NCBI GenBank assembly: GCA_964016885.1
Contig: OZ024740.1
Coordinates: forward strand, 143,468,001 to 143,532,000
DNA length: 64,000 bases
Origin: Eledone cirrhosa
Taxonomy: Eukaryota
Direction of reading: 5' to 3'
This document shows, piece by piece, positions 48,000 through 61,274 of this stretch; within the stretch, counting starts at the first letter, position 1; each line of letters starts with the position of its first letter. The position numbers were made by a program, and so were the translations under genes. The notes under the pieces were generated by a model, which worked only from the letters and a program-made list of their open reading frames with translations, was not told where the DNA came from and made no database searches.

Positions 48000-50900
48000 T
48001 TCATAGTGCATCAGATTTAAATTCCAAGCAGTCAGGAGAACGGTTGTCTCTAACCGGAGATTGCATGACGGGTGTCGGCGAAAGTCTCAATGAGGAAGCC
48101 GACATCCTGAGGACCAGAATTCTGTCTGCAAAAACAACCACACGTATTGGATATTGGAACATAAGAACTATGTACCAACCATCCAAACTTGCGCAAGTTA
48201 TCGGAGAAATAGAGGCCTACACAATTAACATCCTGGGCCTCAGCGAGGTCCGCTGGACTGACTCTGGGAAGTTTGTCCATGAAAACAAGACCATCCTGTT
48301 CTCAGGCCGTCAGAACGGGACCCACCGAGATGGAGTTGCAATCATCATGGACAGGGCTGCCAGCGGTGCCCTTGAGGAGTGAACTCCTATCAACGAACGC
48401 CTAATGACAGCAAGATTCACCACATCACATGCAAAGGTCACCATAGCTCAGTGCTATGCTCCAACCAACGAACATAACGATGATGACAAGGACGCTTTCT
48501 ACCAGCAACTACAAGATGTTGTAAACAAAACCCCACGTCATGACATCCTGATCATCATGGGAGACATGAACGCACAGATCGGGGGAAGCAGGGTTGGCTT
48601 TGAACATGTCCTTGGCCCCCATGCTTATGGAAACCGCACGGACAACGGGGACAGGTTTGTCCAGTTCTGTGCCATGAACAATATGAAAATCGGCTCGTCA
48701 CTATTTGACCACAAGAACACCCACAAGGTCACATGGGCTTCGAACGACCACAGGACCAAGACGCAAATAGACCACATTGCGATTGGCCCAAGTTGGAGAG
48801 CTCCTTGCCTGCAGGACGTCCGAGTCTACCGGGGCGCAGATGTCTGCAGTGACCACTATCTGTCTGTTACCAAACTTAAAATCAGACTGAGGAAGCAGAA
48901 AAAGAGAGCACTCACTACAAGGCGTTTTGACACTACCAAGCTGAAGAACGGTGACACAGAGGCACAGTTCGAGGCTGCTTTGAGGAACAGATTTGCTGTC
49001 CTTGAGGAGTCTGCACCAGGATCGGTCAATTGGTGGGAGGAAATGAAGAAGACCATGGAAGCTGCAGGGGAAGAAATCCTGGGCTACAGGAAGTCCCTCA
49101 GAGAAGCTTGGGTCAGCGACAACACCTGGCAGCTGATTAATGAAACGAAAACCCTACATCAGCAGAGGCATGCCACTACCCCAGAGGCCATCAAGGTATA
49201 TCAGCAGTATGTTGACAAGGACAAGGAGGTGAAACGCAGCGCACAAAAGGACAAACGAATGTGGCTTGAGGGTAAGGCGGAGGAGGCGGAAGCAGCTGCG
49301 GCACGCAATGACATGCGCTCTGTGTACCAAATTGCCAAGAAAATCACCGGCAGCTCTAGAGCTAACTCAGGCCCGGTGAAAGCGAAAGATGGTACGCTGC
49401 TTTCCAAGGGTGAAGAAAAGTTAGACAGATGGGCTGAACATTTCAAGGAAGTCCTCAACAGGCCGGAGCCACGTGTGCCAGCAGACACTAAGGAACCTAC
49501 TAGTTTGTTGCCTATCAATACTGATGACTTCACCGAGAAGGAAGTCCGCATGGCCATAAAAACCCTTAAGAATAACAAGTCACCAGGTATGGATGGCATT
49601 TCTGCTGAAATGCTGAAGTCAGGAGGCGAAAGCATGGTCAAGTGGATGGGCCACTTATGTAATCTCGTGTGGAACACGGGTGAAGTCCCAGAAGATTGGA
49701 GAAACGGCGCGGTTGTCTGTATCCCCAAGAAGGGCAACCTTGCCGATTGTGACAACTGGAGGGGAGTGACACTTCTCTCCATACCAGGGAAGGTCTATTG
49801 TCTGATGATCCTGAACCGCATACGTGGCATGGTAGACCGGGAACTGCGAGAACAACAGGCAGGGTTCCGACCAAAACGTTCCTGTGCAGAGAAGATCTTT
49901 ACGTTACGCCGCATCATTGAGAGGTACAACGAATTCCAGAGGCCCCTCGCCGTCAGCTTCATCGATTTCTCCAAAGCATTCGATAGCTCTCATCAGCCGT
50001 CACTCTGGAGCACCATGCATGAGTATGGTCTGCTCCAGAAAGTCATTTCGGCAATCAAACAGATTTACGCAGACTCCAAGTGCTGCATACGGACAGAGGA
50101 TGGTTACAGTGACTGGTTTGAGGTGGTTACTGGTGTGCGTCAGGGTTGCTCGCTCTCTCCAATTCTCTTTGCCATAGCCATTGACTGGGTACTAAGAAGA
50201 GCGTCTAAAGACCAGGGTATATCTTGGGTGGGAGAGCAAAAGTTGTCTGACCTGGACTTTGCGGACGATATTGTTGGACTTGCAGAGAGCACAGCTGACC
50301 TGCAAATCATTATGAACAATATCAATGTCGAAGCAGGAAGCTTAGGTCTCAATATCAGTGCTAAGAAGACCAAAAGCATGTTATCTGGGACACACCCATC
50401 ACCAACTGGTGTTTTCATTGAACAGGGGGGGGGGGGGAGATAGTGGACAACTTCACCTACCTAGGAAGCTCCATTGACAATGGGGGCGCCATGGACAGTG
50501 AATTGCAGTGTAGAATGGGAAAGGCTTCAGCAGCATTTAACCAGCTTGTCAAGATCTGGAAGAGCAGGAAGTTCACCCTCAAAACAAAGATGAGATTCTA
50601 CAACAGCAACGTGCTGTCCACACTCTTGTACGGAAGTGAAACATGGCACCTTAAGACCAGCCAAGAGAAGAAGTTGGACGCATTCGATTCCAGGTGTCTG
50701 CAAAAGATCCTGGGGATTAAATGGAGTGACCATGTAACAAACCAGGAAGTCAGGAACCGCACCAACCAGCAGCTGGTCTCTTCTGCCATCTGCAAGCGAC
50801 GCCTGGGCTGGTTTGGACACGCTTTGAGACTTCCCCCGGAGAGACTGGCGAACCAAGTACTTAAATGGAACCCACAGGGAAGCAGACGGAGAGGGCGACC

Positions 50901-51077
50901 CAAAATGAACTGGCGCCAGACAGTTGAAAGGGACCTGCGAGCGACAAACAGACAATGGCGGGACGCTGTACAACTGGCTGCTGACCGAACGCGGTGGAAC
51001 ACTATGATTGCCTCATGTGTCGCAAGACGCGGGAGCTTCTGAGTCAGAGTCTGAGAGAGAGAGAGAGAGAGAGAGAG
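48000..51077 (+). mobile_element. Near-intact full-length RTE-clade LINE (ORF 48065-51042 with two visible lesions)
   Basis: GYWNIRT, LSEVRW, MGDMNAQ, QIDHI, SDHY, DFSKAFDS, GVRQGCSLSP, LDFADD, LLYGSETW. TGA at 48380 and a frameshift at the G13 run 50425-50437; (GA)n tail. Confidence 0.95.
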
Positions 51078-51294
51078 ATGATTGCGACGCAAACGAGTAA
51101 GTAATCCAATTCGTTTAACTCTTTTGGCTATATAAAACTAAATATATACATACGTAAACATGTCTTATGTCCGTATTTCTTGCAGTAATGTTGACTTTCG
51201 TGCCTCTTGTAACAAGTGAACGGTTTACTTGTGTTGAATCGTATTTTCTTTCGTTTTCTTTTTATATTTTTATATCCTGGATATATTTTTTATC

Positions 51295-51600
51295 CTGGAT
51301 GCTGCGATTAGGACGAGAGCCATAGCTTCCGCAGCAGAGCGGAATAAGACCCTCAAATACTCTGATCTGTCGGTCAGCTACATTTTTCAGCCTGTGGCTT
51401 TCGAGACGTTTGGGGGGAGTCGGACCCCTGACTGCGAGGTTCCTCTCTTCACTGGCGGCTCGCCTAATAGAGGTAACTGGCGAATCTCGCGAGGGCGCTT
51501 GACTGTTCCAGCGCATTAGCCTCGCCATCATCCAAGGCAACACTGCGAGTGTGCTGACTTGCCTCAAAAAGTCATTAGAGAGGTTGCCCAGTACTCCTCG
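51295..51600 (+). mobile_element. CRE-clade RLE C-terminal fragment
   Basis: AAERNKTLKYSDL..FQPVAFETFGGVG..LFQRISLAIIQGNTASVL. Confidence 0.8.
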
Positions 51601-52657
51601 CGACGCTGCTGTCTTTTGCTCTGGTGTTGGCTCGGTTGTTCACCCCTTTCTTTACATTTTCTTTAATATTGCAACATTAAAGGAATATATCCTTCTGAAA
51701 GAATCGCGAGCAATTTATAATGTTATCTAAGCATTTGTAATGTTATTATACTGTAAATTTAATTATATGCGCTGTTTATATCATATGTGTTCGTATGTTC
51801 ACTCCATATGTCTAAACCGTGTATAATAACACAATAATATAAACTCATTGAACAAAAATAAAGGAAGGAAAAAAAGGGGGGGGGGGGGTTCACCACCAAG
51901 TGTGATATTCGGCCAGACCTCACACTATATCAATCATGTAATTTTATTTTGTATATAAATATCATTACAAATAATTAAAAAAGAGAAAGAAAGGGGAAAG
52001 TAAAAAAGAAAGAAAAAACACACATACATCTAGGACCACATACAACCAAAGGCAGGCGAACGAGGTGGACACGAAGAAGATTCAACACAATAAAATAAGG
52101 GCAACTAGTTATATTTATGGATTATACCTCTATTTCAAAGAATTAGAAGCCACGGGTAGAATTAATTTTTGAAGCAAGCCAACACTCTATTCGTGCTGCC
52201 TTCTAGCTTATTCTAAAGTCTATAGAAAACGTTTGCTGGTGTTGGTTTAAACAGAGCTCCTCGCTCCAAAAACTGTTTAAACCAAAACAAAAATCGAATA
52301 GATATTTCTGACGCTGTTTTATATGAATGCCCTCATTTATTATAATTCTTTAATGTAATTACAATTCAAGAACATGTTTGATGACCCTGTGATAAACAAG
52401 TGAAACTCAGAGTAACAAGACTCCCTATTTAGCCCTAATAAAATTAACATTATAACTCTACTTCGGTATTGAGTACTCCTTTCTCTTAGTCGTCAACCAC
52501 ATAGGGATATATATATCCCTATGTCACACGAAGTCGTCTTCCTCACTGATTAACTTTTAAGTTAACACTCTAATCGGTTGGGTTCGAATTTTAATAATTC
52601 CACAACTATATATCTATGTATAAATAAATAAATAATTATTTATTTATTTATTTATTA

Positions 52658-53333
52658 TCTATGTATATATATAAAGTTGTAGTTCCTGTTTGTTTGTTTG
52701 TTCACGAACTCCTCATATGGTTTTCGAGATAGACCCCCTTAACCATATATATTCTGAAACTACATTGCCCAGGGTACTTGGATAAGTACATTTTAATCAA
52801 CCCTCGTTGAAATTTTTTTCCTTTCGATTTATATGAGATTTAAACCATAGGTAAATGACAGGATAAGATGCCTATTCACAAAAGTTTTGAATTGATATTT
52901 TGAAAAAAATTATTTACAAGAAAGAAAATAAGAATAAGATTTAATAATGTAATTTTGATTTGATATATTACAAAAAATAATTGTTTCTACTTTTGGCACA
53001 AAGCCAACAATTATTCCAGTGCATTACTGGTACTTTATTTTATCAACCCCGTAAGGATGAAAGGCAAAGTTAACCTGGCCGGGATTTGAACTCAGAATGG
53101 CAAGGGCCGTAACTCTGCGTCAAAGCATGGCGTCCGACCCTCTACCGATACTGCCAATCCGATATTACAAAAAATAATGTTTTCCAATTTTTCATGCATT
53201 ACATTTTACATTGAGTAATATTGAAATGCAGAGTTTTTCTCCATAAAATTATATCACTGATTTAAAATCAATCATCATTTTCTTACAAAAAAAAAATGTG
53301 TGAAACGCAGCAAGGCGCGGGTAATTCGGCTAG
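52658..53333 (+). mobile_element. Complete non-autonomous Helitron
   Basis: A|TCTATGTATATATATAAAG start, (GTTT)n, GC-rich subterminal hairpin remnant, CTAG|T end. Confidence 0.75.
52982..53161 (-). mobile_element. Deu/Nin-type SINE nested in the Helitron
   Basis: 17-bp TSD ATATTACAAAAAATAAT at 52965-52981 and 53162-53178. Confidence 0.9.
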
Positions 53334-53859
53334 TAAATATATATACTTCGTTTTTGTATTTGTTTTTCTAGATTTATTATCTGAAAACGTGTGTTGAAAT
53401 AGATATTGTTATACTTTGGGAGGGTCATTCTGCCAATAAAAACATGCACCTCCTGGTTTTCATTTCAATTTATTATATAAACTTTCAGTCAGTTCATTTA
53501 ATAACTGGATGGTTGTTTAGGTCTTGAATTTCAAAGCTTTTCCGGCACACATTCTGTAACTTCAGTGACTACCTTTGTTGTTATTTTGTGTCCCGCCTTT
53601 GTTCTGTCCTACAGAATTTTGTTTTTGTGAGCTGTGTACTTGGGCTGTGCATGTATTATATCTAGGTTTGTGTGTGTGTGTTTTTTTCTTTATACGTTTA
53701 TTTACTTGTCACTAGTTGGTTGCTTGTTCTATCTGTGTGTGTCAGTCGAGATGTCATCCTCTGTTCAGTTAAGAAGGCCCCTCAGCTTTACCACTTTGCT
53801 TGGCAAGCTTATCAGGAGCCCTCCTACTTCTCCTTCGGTGACCATTTCATCCTATCTGC

Positions 53860-54460
53860 CACAGGGGTCTGACGGTGACACGCTCAGACCAGCTGGGTAT
53901 TGATGACGTCACCAAGATGGGAGTTGACCTGGATTTGAATGTCTGGTATCTGGATGATGCTTGTTTGGGGTGTTCTCCAGATAAGATTCATGGAACCGCA
54001 AAGACGATTGAGGAACTGAGTTGCAGGGGCTTTCATGTCAACAGTTCCAAATGCGAGCTCTGGTCCCTCAACCACCCAGCTTCACATCAACAGACTGTTG
54101 ACCTGTTTACAGAGTCCTTCCCCTCTATCACGGTTCCTCCCTCATCAGCGTGGTGCTCTCTTGGAGCCCTAATTACTGACCAAACCTTCGAGTCCATCTT
54201 TCACTCTAAGTTGGCTAATCTTGAGCAAATTTTAAAAAATCTCGAAGCTTCACCAAAGTTTTTTTATACTTATGAATTACATCAATTCCTAAATTGTTGT
54301 ATTTCATCAGAATTAGCCCCTCTTACAAAATTTCGTCAACTCTCCAATACTTTGATGACTTAATATTCAATGAGCTCAAGGGCTTGGTCAATGTCTCTCT
54401 CCAGAATCCCACAACCAGGCTCCCTTGCCTAAACAGTTTGGAGGTCTGAGAATTGCTATC
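53860..54460 (+). mobile_element. CRE-clade RT fragment
   Basis: LDLNVWYLDDACLG..GFHVNSSKCEL..LGALI. Confidence 0.8.
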
Positions 54461-55084
54461 ACTTGATCCTTTTCTTACTCATGTCTGCGATGAACATGAC
54501 TTATATTCCTTTCTGCATATACTGTAATGAAACAAAAAACGTTTTTCAGCTATGGCTAGCCACAATGTTCATGCAACACACATGAAAGTTGTTTAGATGA
54601 AGCAATGCCTGTGCTTGAAGCTTTTTTAAGAAAGACCTTGCACTGGGCCAATCCCACTCTGAACAACTGTGATAGGTATCCAGAAACAAGAACAGGTCAA
54701 CATCATTGGCTGCCATTGAGTCACAGGTTTTACATCAGTTTTCCTTCTAGAATGATGTCCTAACAAGGCCTAAGGGTCTCACACTCCCGGTGGGCTAAAC
54801 ACACACTCAGGCACCAAACCGAGTACTCAAAGTACCTGCATATATATTATATTATGTATATATAAGAGAGTGTTGTAGTTTGGTTGAAGCATTGTCTGTA
54901 GTGTTATTTGAAGGCTATGACAATGCAAAATGAATGATAAATTTTTAAAATGAAAGCAAAGAAGATTTTTGTGTTACCTGGTAGTTTATTTATCAGTCTT
55001 TATATTTCAGGATTAAAAAAACAAACTAGTTCAGAGCTGTACATTTTGTTTGTTATAGAATCGCCATCTTACTTTCTTTGTTTG

Positions 55085-56090
55085 GAAACGATGGTTTATT
55101 TATAACTGCCAGAAATGGTGGAAGATTGGCATTATATGTGGACTACTATATGTGTGTACATTTTTATGTCAAATATAGGTTTCCTCGTAGTGAAGGGCTG
55201 GAGAGAGCTAACTGTGTATCTAGTCCCTCCTTGCAGATCACCATGGTTATTTTTTTGCTGAAGTGTAGTAACTTCAGAAAGCAGGTGTTGGAGGAGGTCT
55301 TACATTTCCAGCATTTTGGACCCCGAAGACGACTTTTGATGAATGTTGGATATTCATTGGTCTCTAGGAAATGTGCGGTGTAGGGGACCTGGTCCTCTGC
55401 CTTGCTGCATTTTTTCCAGGAATGTGTGAATTTATTCCTTATGTATCAGGTTTTAGCACCAATGAGCAAACAGGTCTCTGCAATTGGTTTTTCTGTAGAA
55501 GTTATGGATGTCACCTTCTGTTATCCTGAGTTGGTAGTCAAGTAGAGACAGGGATCCAGGGCAGTTATGGTTTTCTACGCTGAACTACATGTTATCATCC
55601 TTGTTTATGAACATGGTAGATATTCCATTGGCCTCTTCATCAGAGAATGTGAGTAAGAGTACGTCATCTATGTATCTAGTGAAGAAGGTACAGGAGCGAC
55701 AGGTGTTGAACGTTTGATGTTCTAGCTGGTCATGTAGGTGATGGCTAATAGGCCTGAAAGATTGGATCCCATGGGTAGACTTGTTGTTTGTTTGTAGGTG
55801 TGGTGATGGAAGGTGAAGTATGTGTTTTCTACAATGACTGATAGGAGGTGGTGAGGCCAAAGTTGTATAGGTCGGAAGAAATGATGCAATCAGTCACAAG
55901 GTTGACCACTGGGTGAGTGGGTACTGATGTGTAGGAGACAACATTGAGGCTAAAGGTGTATCTGTTAAGTTTAAGTTGACCTGTATTTGTTAGGAAGTTG
56001 TCTTTGCCTACAGATATCAGCCTAGACTCTGTTAATGTGGTCTTCAATTTGGGTTGATGTTGTCTATTATTTCCGAAATAATCCATTGTT
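55085..56090 (-). mobile_element. Penelope-like RT fragment (copy B)
   Basis: Duplicate of 1-735, extended on the left; RYIDD. Confidence 0.7.
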
Positions 56091-56394
56091 GCTGTGGTAT
56101 TCAAATACCAGCTTGTTGTAGATGTCACAAGTGACAATGCAAAATTCTTTCCCTTAAATCACAAATTAAGGTACAAAGCAACGTATATATACAAAAATTA
56201 TGTGTCAGTGTATAAACAGAAACTAAGTACATTTCATAATTTCTTTGTTTGTTTTTTTGTTTTTTTTATTTTCAACATATAGATACAATAGAAAATAACT
56301 TTCTTCCTGTTTCCACCATTCATCTATGGTTCTTGTGATGTTTTGTGTTCTTCAGATTCACTTGTACAAGATATGTAATTCCTGTCATTTTCTC

Positions 56395-57125
56395 TGCTGA
56401 AAGATGGGGCAAACAATGCATGCAAAGACAAGGTGAACTCTCTAACTGTTAGAATATTTTATATGAATAGACTACACAAAGTTGTGACAAAGTTCTTTGA
56501 CATGTCTACTACTGCTGGTCCTGATTGTGGCAAAGCAGAAATAATATATTAAAAATTTCAAGATACCATGGGTCAACTGTGTTGGCTTGGGGGTAGACAA
56601 TTGCTGCATAAACATGGGACAACCTAATTTAGTCATGTCTAGAATTCACAATATAAACAGTGCTTTAATTTTTATTAAGATACCCTTGTCATCTCATACA
56701 TGACATTGCTTCCTTTCAGTCAAATTTAAAGATGTATGTGGTTTTTGACTTTTGCATTGATCTATTTTACTTTTTGGATAAGAGTACAAAATGAAAGGAG
56801 GAGTTAGAAGAGTTTTGTTGCTTTTACGATAGAGAATATAGGGGAATTTTAAAGAATGTCAACAAGGTGGTTAAGCCTAGAAATGGCAATTAATTGGGTT
56901 CTACTTTTTGATGCACTGCAGTTTTTTTCATATCCTGTGATAAGCATCTCAACTTTATATGTTTGAAAGCACCCCTTCTAAACTCTCATGTTAAAAATAT
57001 ATTTACTATTCTATCAGGTTGTTCTGCCATCTTTCACCAATTTTAATAAAGACCTTTCCATTCACCTGCTAGACTGAATTACATTCTTTTTTGCTAGAAA
57101 CTTTTAAGTAAATTTATAAAGTTGA
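56395..57125 (+). mobile_element. hAT transposase remnant (copy B)
   Basis: Duplicate of 1040-1770. Confidence 0.6.
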
Positions 57126-57131
57126 AAGCTA

Positions 57132-57935
57132 TCTATCTATATATATAAAACTGAGGATGTGTGTGTGTATGTGCATACCCACATAACTTCCACAGTTTGC
57201 AACCGACTTTCTTCAAATTTGGAACAAACATGCATTATGTTCCCAGGAGTGTTTTGGACTCATAAAATTTCAAGTTTTTGACTAATGTGGCCCCTAGATA
57301 AATATTAGTTGGTTGCATGAAAACTACACACATACATATACATCTAAAGAGAGAGAGAGAGAGTGAGATAGGCCGTTATACAGAGAGAGATAAAGATATT
57401 CAGATAGAGAGAGAGAATGGCGACGAACGCTGGTTTACACACGCACACACATATAAAGAGAGAGAGATCTGTGCGTTCTTGATTGTTCTTCATTCTGTAG
57501 AGAAAGAGAGAGAGGGGTTCAGAAAGAAAGAAAGATTGTAGGGGGTTGGGGAGGGAAGAAAATGATAGCAGCGTTCAATAACTTTAACTTTTATTTATTT
57601 ATTTATTCTTTAGAAACTAAAAAAAAAGAATCAATCTGTGGACACAGAAGTAAATATTTTTTTAAATGTTACAACCGAAGGAAACCAGGAAGATAATACT
57701 TTCGTTCGTGAAGATGTTCCCTGGCAATAAATGGGAAAAAAGCGAGGATAATTATGTCGTTGTGTGGGGTGATGAGAACAATGTCTTGCAAAGACAAAAA
57801 CACGTTTATGGTTTAAATGGAGACGTTAGACTTATATTCTATTTAGAATAACTGGATGATTCTCGGCTCCGGAGTTTAAGAATAATGTAAATAAAGTTGT
57901 TAAACGGAAATGACAGAGGTTATTAAAATAGTAAA
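57132..57935 (+). mobile_element. Helitron-like element (copy B)
   Basis: Duplicate of 1776-2610. Confidence 0.5.
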
Positions 57936-57941
57936 AGTAAA

Positions 57942-58130
57942 TAATTGTTTTTACTTTTTGGCACAAAGCCAGAAATTATTCCAGTGTATACTGGTACTTT
58001 ATTTTATCGACCCCGTAAGGATGAAAGGCAAAGTTAACCTCAGCGGGATTTGAACTCAGACCATAAAGAGCCGTAACCCTTTGCTGCAAAGCATGGCGTC
58101 AGGCTCTTTACCGATACTGCCAATCCTCCG
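57942..58130 (-). mobile_element. Deu/Nin-type SINE (copy B)
   Basis: Duplicate of 2615-2803. Confidence 0.85.
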
Positions 58131-58641
58131 ATTTAGGCCAGTGCATAAATATGCGCTGACGCATACATACGCATCATACATATATATATACACACACAAA
58201 TATACTTATATGAGCAGCCAGTTTGAACAGAAAAAGATGAGAGAATTCTGGTCAGATATGGCTGGTTTATGCTAGTGTGGAAGATAGACGTTAAACGATG
58301 ATGATGATATATATATATAATATACTTACATATACACACATATATACATGCACACATACACATATACAGATACACACATACATATACCTACATGTATAGG
58401 CCTAAAAACACATATATATATATATACACATATTCATATACATACATACACATGACTGCTATTTAATACCCTCTGCTAGTTTTAAGTAGAATATCTTGTT
58501 TGAAAGAAGACTATGTAAAAAAATGAAGAAAATCATATGAGCTGTATGGATGTCTTTATTGGAATTATAACTCTCCTAAAACACAGAGTGAGTTTCTAGA
58601 GAATGCATCTCTTGTTTTCTGACACTTCCATATATATAGGT

Positions 58642-59705
58642 GAGCTATGAGGCCCTCTTACCAGCACTTTCCCTTCCACCCACACACGTGGGCCACCCAC
58701 CCTTGATGCCGCTTGGTGCCCCACACCCCATCCCCCATCCCTCCAAGCTGACACCTGCTGCATTTGCAGCACCACTAACAAACGAAAGAGGGGCCGGAAC
58801 TGTTTGGGGTGCGGCTGCTTCCACCACCTCACCTGTGTTGGCTTGACTCGTCGAACTTCCAATGCCCTCGCAGCGTGGAGGTGCAGGAGCTGCCCTTCCC
58901 CACGACTTCCCAGCCACGGCCGTCTGGCACACCACCACATGGGACATGGAGCTTGCCTGACGCCCGAGCCTCGCTGGTCAACTTCCCTCGGATCAGGCGG
59001 TTCCGGAAGATCACACTCAGGATCCCGAGAGCGGCACAGGTGCCGGTAGCTGATGCCCTCGCTTCCTCAATTGAGAGCGCCCTGGACTCCAATCGAGCCA
59101 GTGACTGGGAACGGCTGTTCTATTTCACCCCACTTGCCTTCGGCCTCCCCAGCTCTGGCGCTGAATGGGGCGGCCGGTCAACAGCAGCCTTCGTCAAGGC
59201 AATATCAAACACCCTGGGCCACCCACTGATCTCAGACCCATACCCCCACCCGACTCCCACTTGCTCCTTGTGGCTTCTGATGCAGACATCAGGTCCTTCC
59301 CAGCTAGCAGCTGTGGAAGTGAGGATGGTCTCCGACCAGGCCACCTCAAGGAGTTCACATCCCCCCTCTCCGCTGAGGCCGGGTGCCGCCTTCTGAGTGC
59401 AATTGTGGCGCTCACCAATAGGCTCATCCATGGTGCCCTGGACTCTTACGCCCGAGGCCTCTTTTTTGGGGCCAGCCTCACCGCTCTCAGGAAGAAAGAG
59501 GGTGGCATACGCCCCATTGCTGTGGGCAATGTCTTCCGGAGGCTGGCTGCCAAGGTGATCTGCAAGTCCGTAACACACAAACTGGGTGTCGGCATGTCCG
59601 GTGGCTGTGAGGGGGCCGCTCATGCAACCAGGCAGTTCTTCAACAGCTGCCGCTTGGAACCGGCATCCAGGGACTCCAGGCACCTCATTGTCAAGCTTGA
59701 CATGA
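58642..59705 (+). mobile_element. CRE-clade RT fragment (copy B)
   Basis: Duplicate of 3410-4450, retaining 22 bp lost in copy A. Confidence 0.85.
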
Positions 59706-61274
59706 GGAGAATCTTTGCCGTTGAATGATGATTTTTTGAGTTGTACAGGTTTTACTTGTAAAGTATACTTTGTTTGAAGTTTTACATGATAAAAATATAG
59801 GTTGATGCTGAAGTAGTTGTGTTTTTTGTTGTTTTCTTAATGTTATATATACATATCACAATGTCCACAATAGCTTATACAGCAAACTATTTCTCACATA
59901 ATCCATATCCATAATTCTAAAGTTTAAAAAGCTAGAATAAAAAGGTGCATTATATATGAATACATACAGTAATGTACAAAAGTAGCTAAAAAGTATAAAA
60001 CACTTATTATTATGCTAATTGTTTTTCAGCATTTCTGCTAACCTTTTCAAGCATTTACTACCAATTTTTAGCATGCCTGGAAGGTTTTTTCCAGCATTTT
60101 CATTCAAGCTGGTTGACATCTTATGTATGTGTGTGTGTGTTCTGAATGATTTATTATTAAGGATAAATTCCAACACTGTTTTAGAAAGGTGTTATAATTA
60201 AATGCAGTCTTGTCAAAAATCATGTCACAGGATTTCCTATAAATAGCTTCAACACTGTGATCATTTCGGTACAGTATACCCCAAAAGATTCCATGTTGTT
60301 TGTGCAAACCCCAGTATCAGGGTTTACGAAATAATGCAAATGGTTAACCGTTTCAAAGATCAGCCATGTTTACCTGTGAGTGTCCAAGCTATAATTATCT
60401 GGCCAACTTTGGTTATGTAGCAAAATTATCCAGATGAGAGTTTAGAGTCTTCACTGTTTTGTCAGGTTTGTTATATTGGCCTATCAGAACATAGTACCCT
60501 GTAAGCAATTTTTTGGCTATTTAAGAGAATGCACAGCTGCCTTGCCACCTTTCCCTTCACTTGTATCCATGAGGAAGCTATCTCTTGCTTAATTTCTCCT
60601 TCAACAGAATAACTTTTACTGGTTCGAAAACATGTGACAAAGGGAAAGGAAGAGAGCCACCCACCCATGGGTTCACTTCTCTGAAGCACAAGCCTCAGCA
60701 GGGGGTTTTGTAGAAGACCAGCAGTTACCCATGCATGCAAGTCTACCCTCTATATGATACCAATGTTGTCAAAGGCAGAGGCTGGTTACAGCTTGACACT
60801 AGTGTTGTCATTTTTTCCAGCTAAGTTAACTGGGGCAACATAAAATAAAATGCCTTGTTTGAGGACACTATGCTGTCTGGTTCAGGAATTGAACTAATCC
60901 ACATTCTTCACAAGTTTTAGAAGCGTGTGATAACAAGTCAACTAAACACGGCAAATCTTACTGCCGAATTGTTGATTTGAGAAATGTAATGTGTTCAGTT
61001 CATTTTCATGTCGTCTCTACATGTTTCTTGGTCCATTTACCTATCAGTATTTAAACTGTTATTAATCTGTTATATGTTTGTATCACTTAGAATATAATCT
61101 TTTCAATATTATCGATAAATCTGTCGGACCCTCAAAAATAATCTTCTCGTATTTAAACTCCTATTATTTGTTATACGCTCGTTTAACTTTTCAATAATAA
61201 ATTTGAATCTGTCAGACCTTTATAAAAATAATCTTCTCGTAAACTTTCCCATTTCTCCCCCCCCCCCTTCTTTG

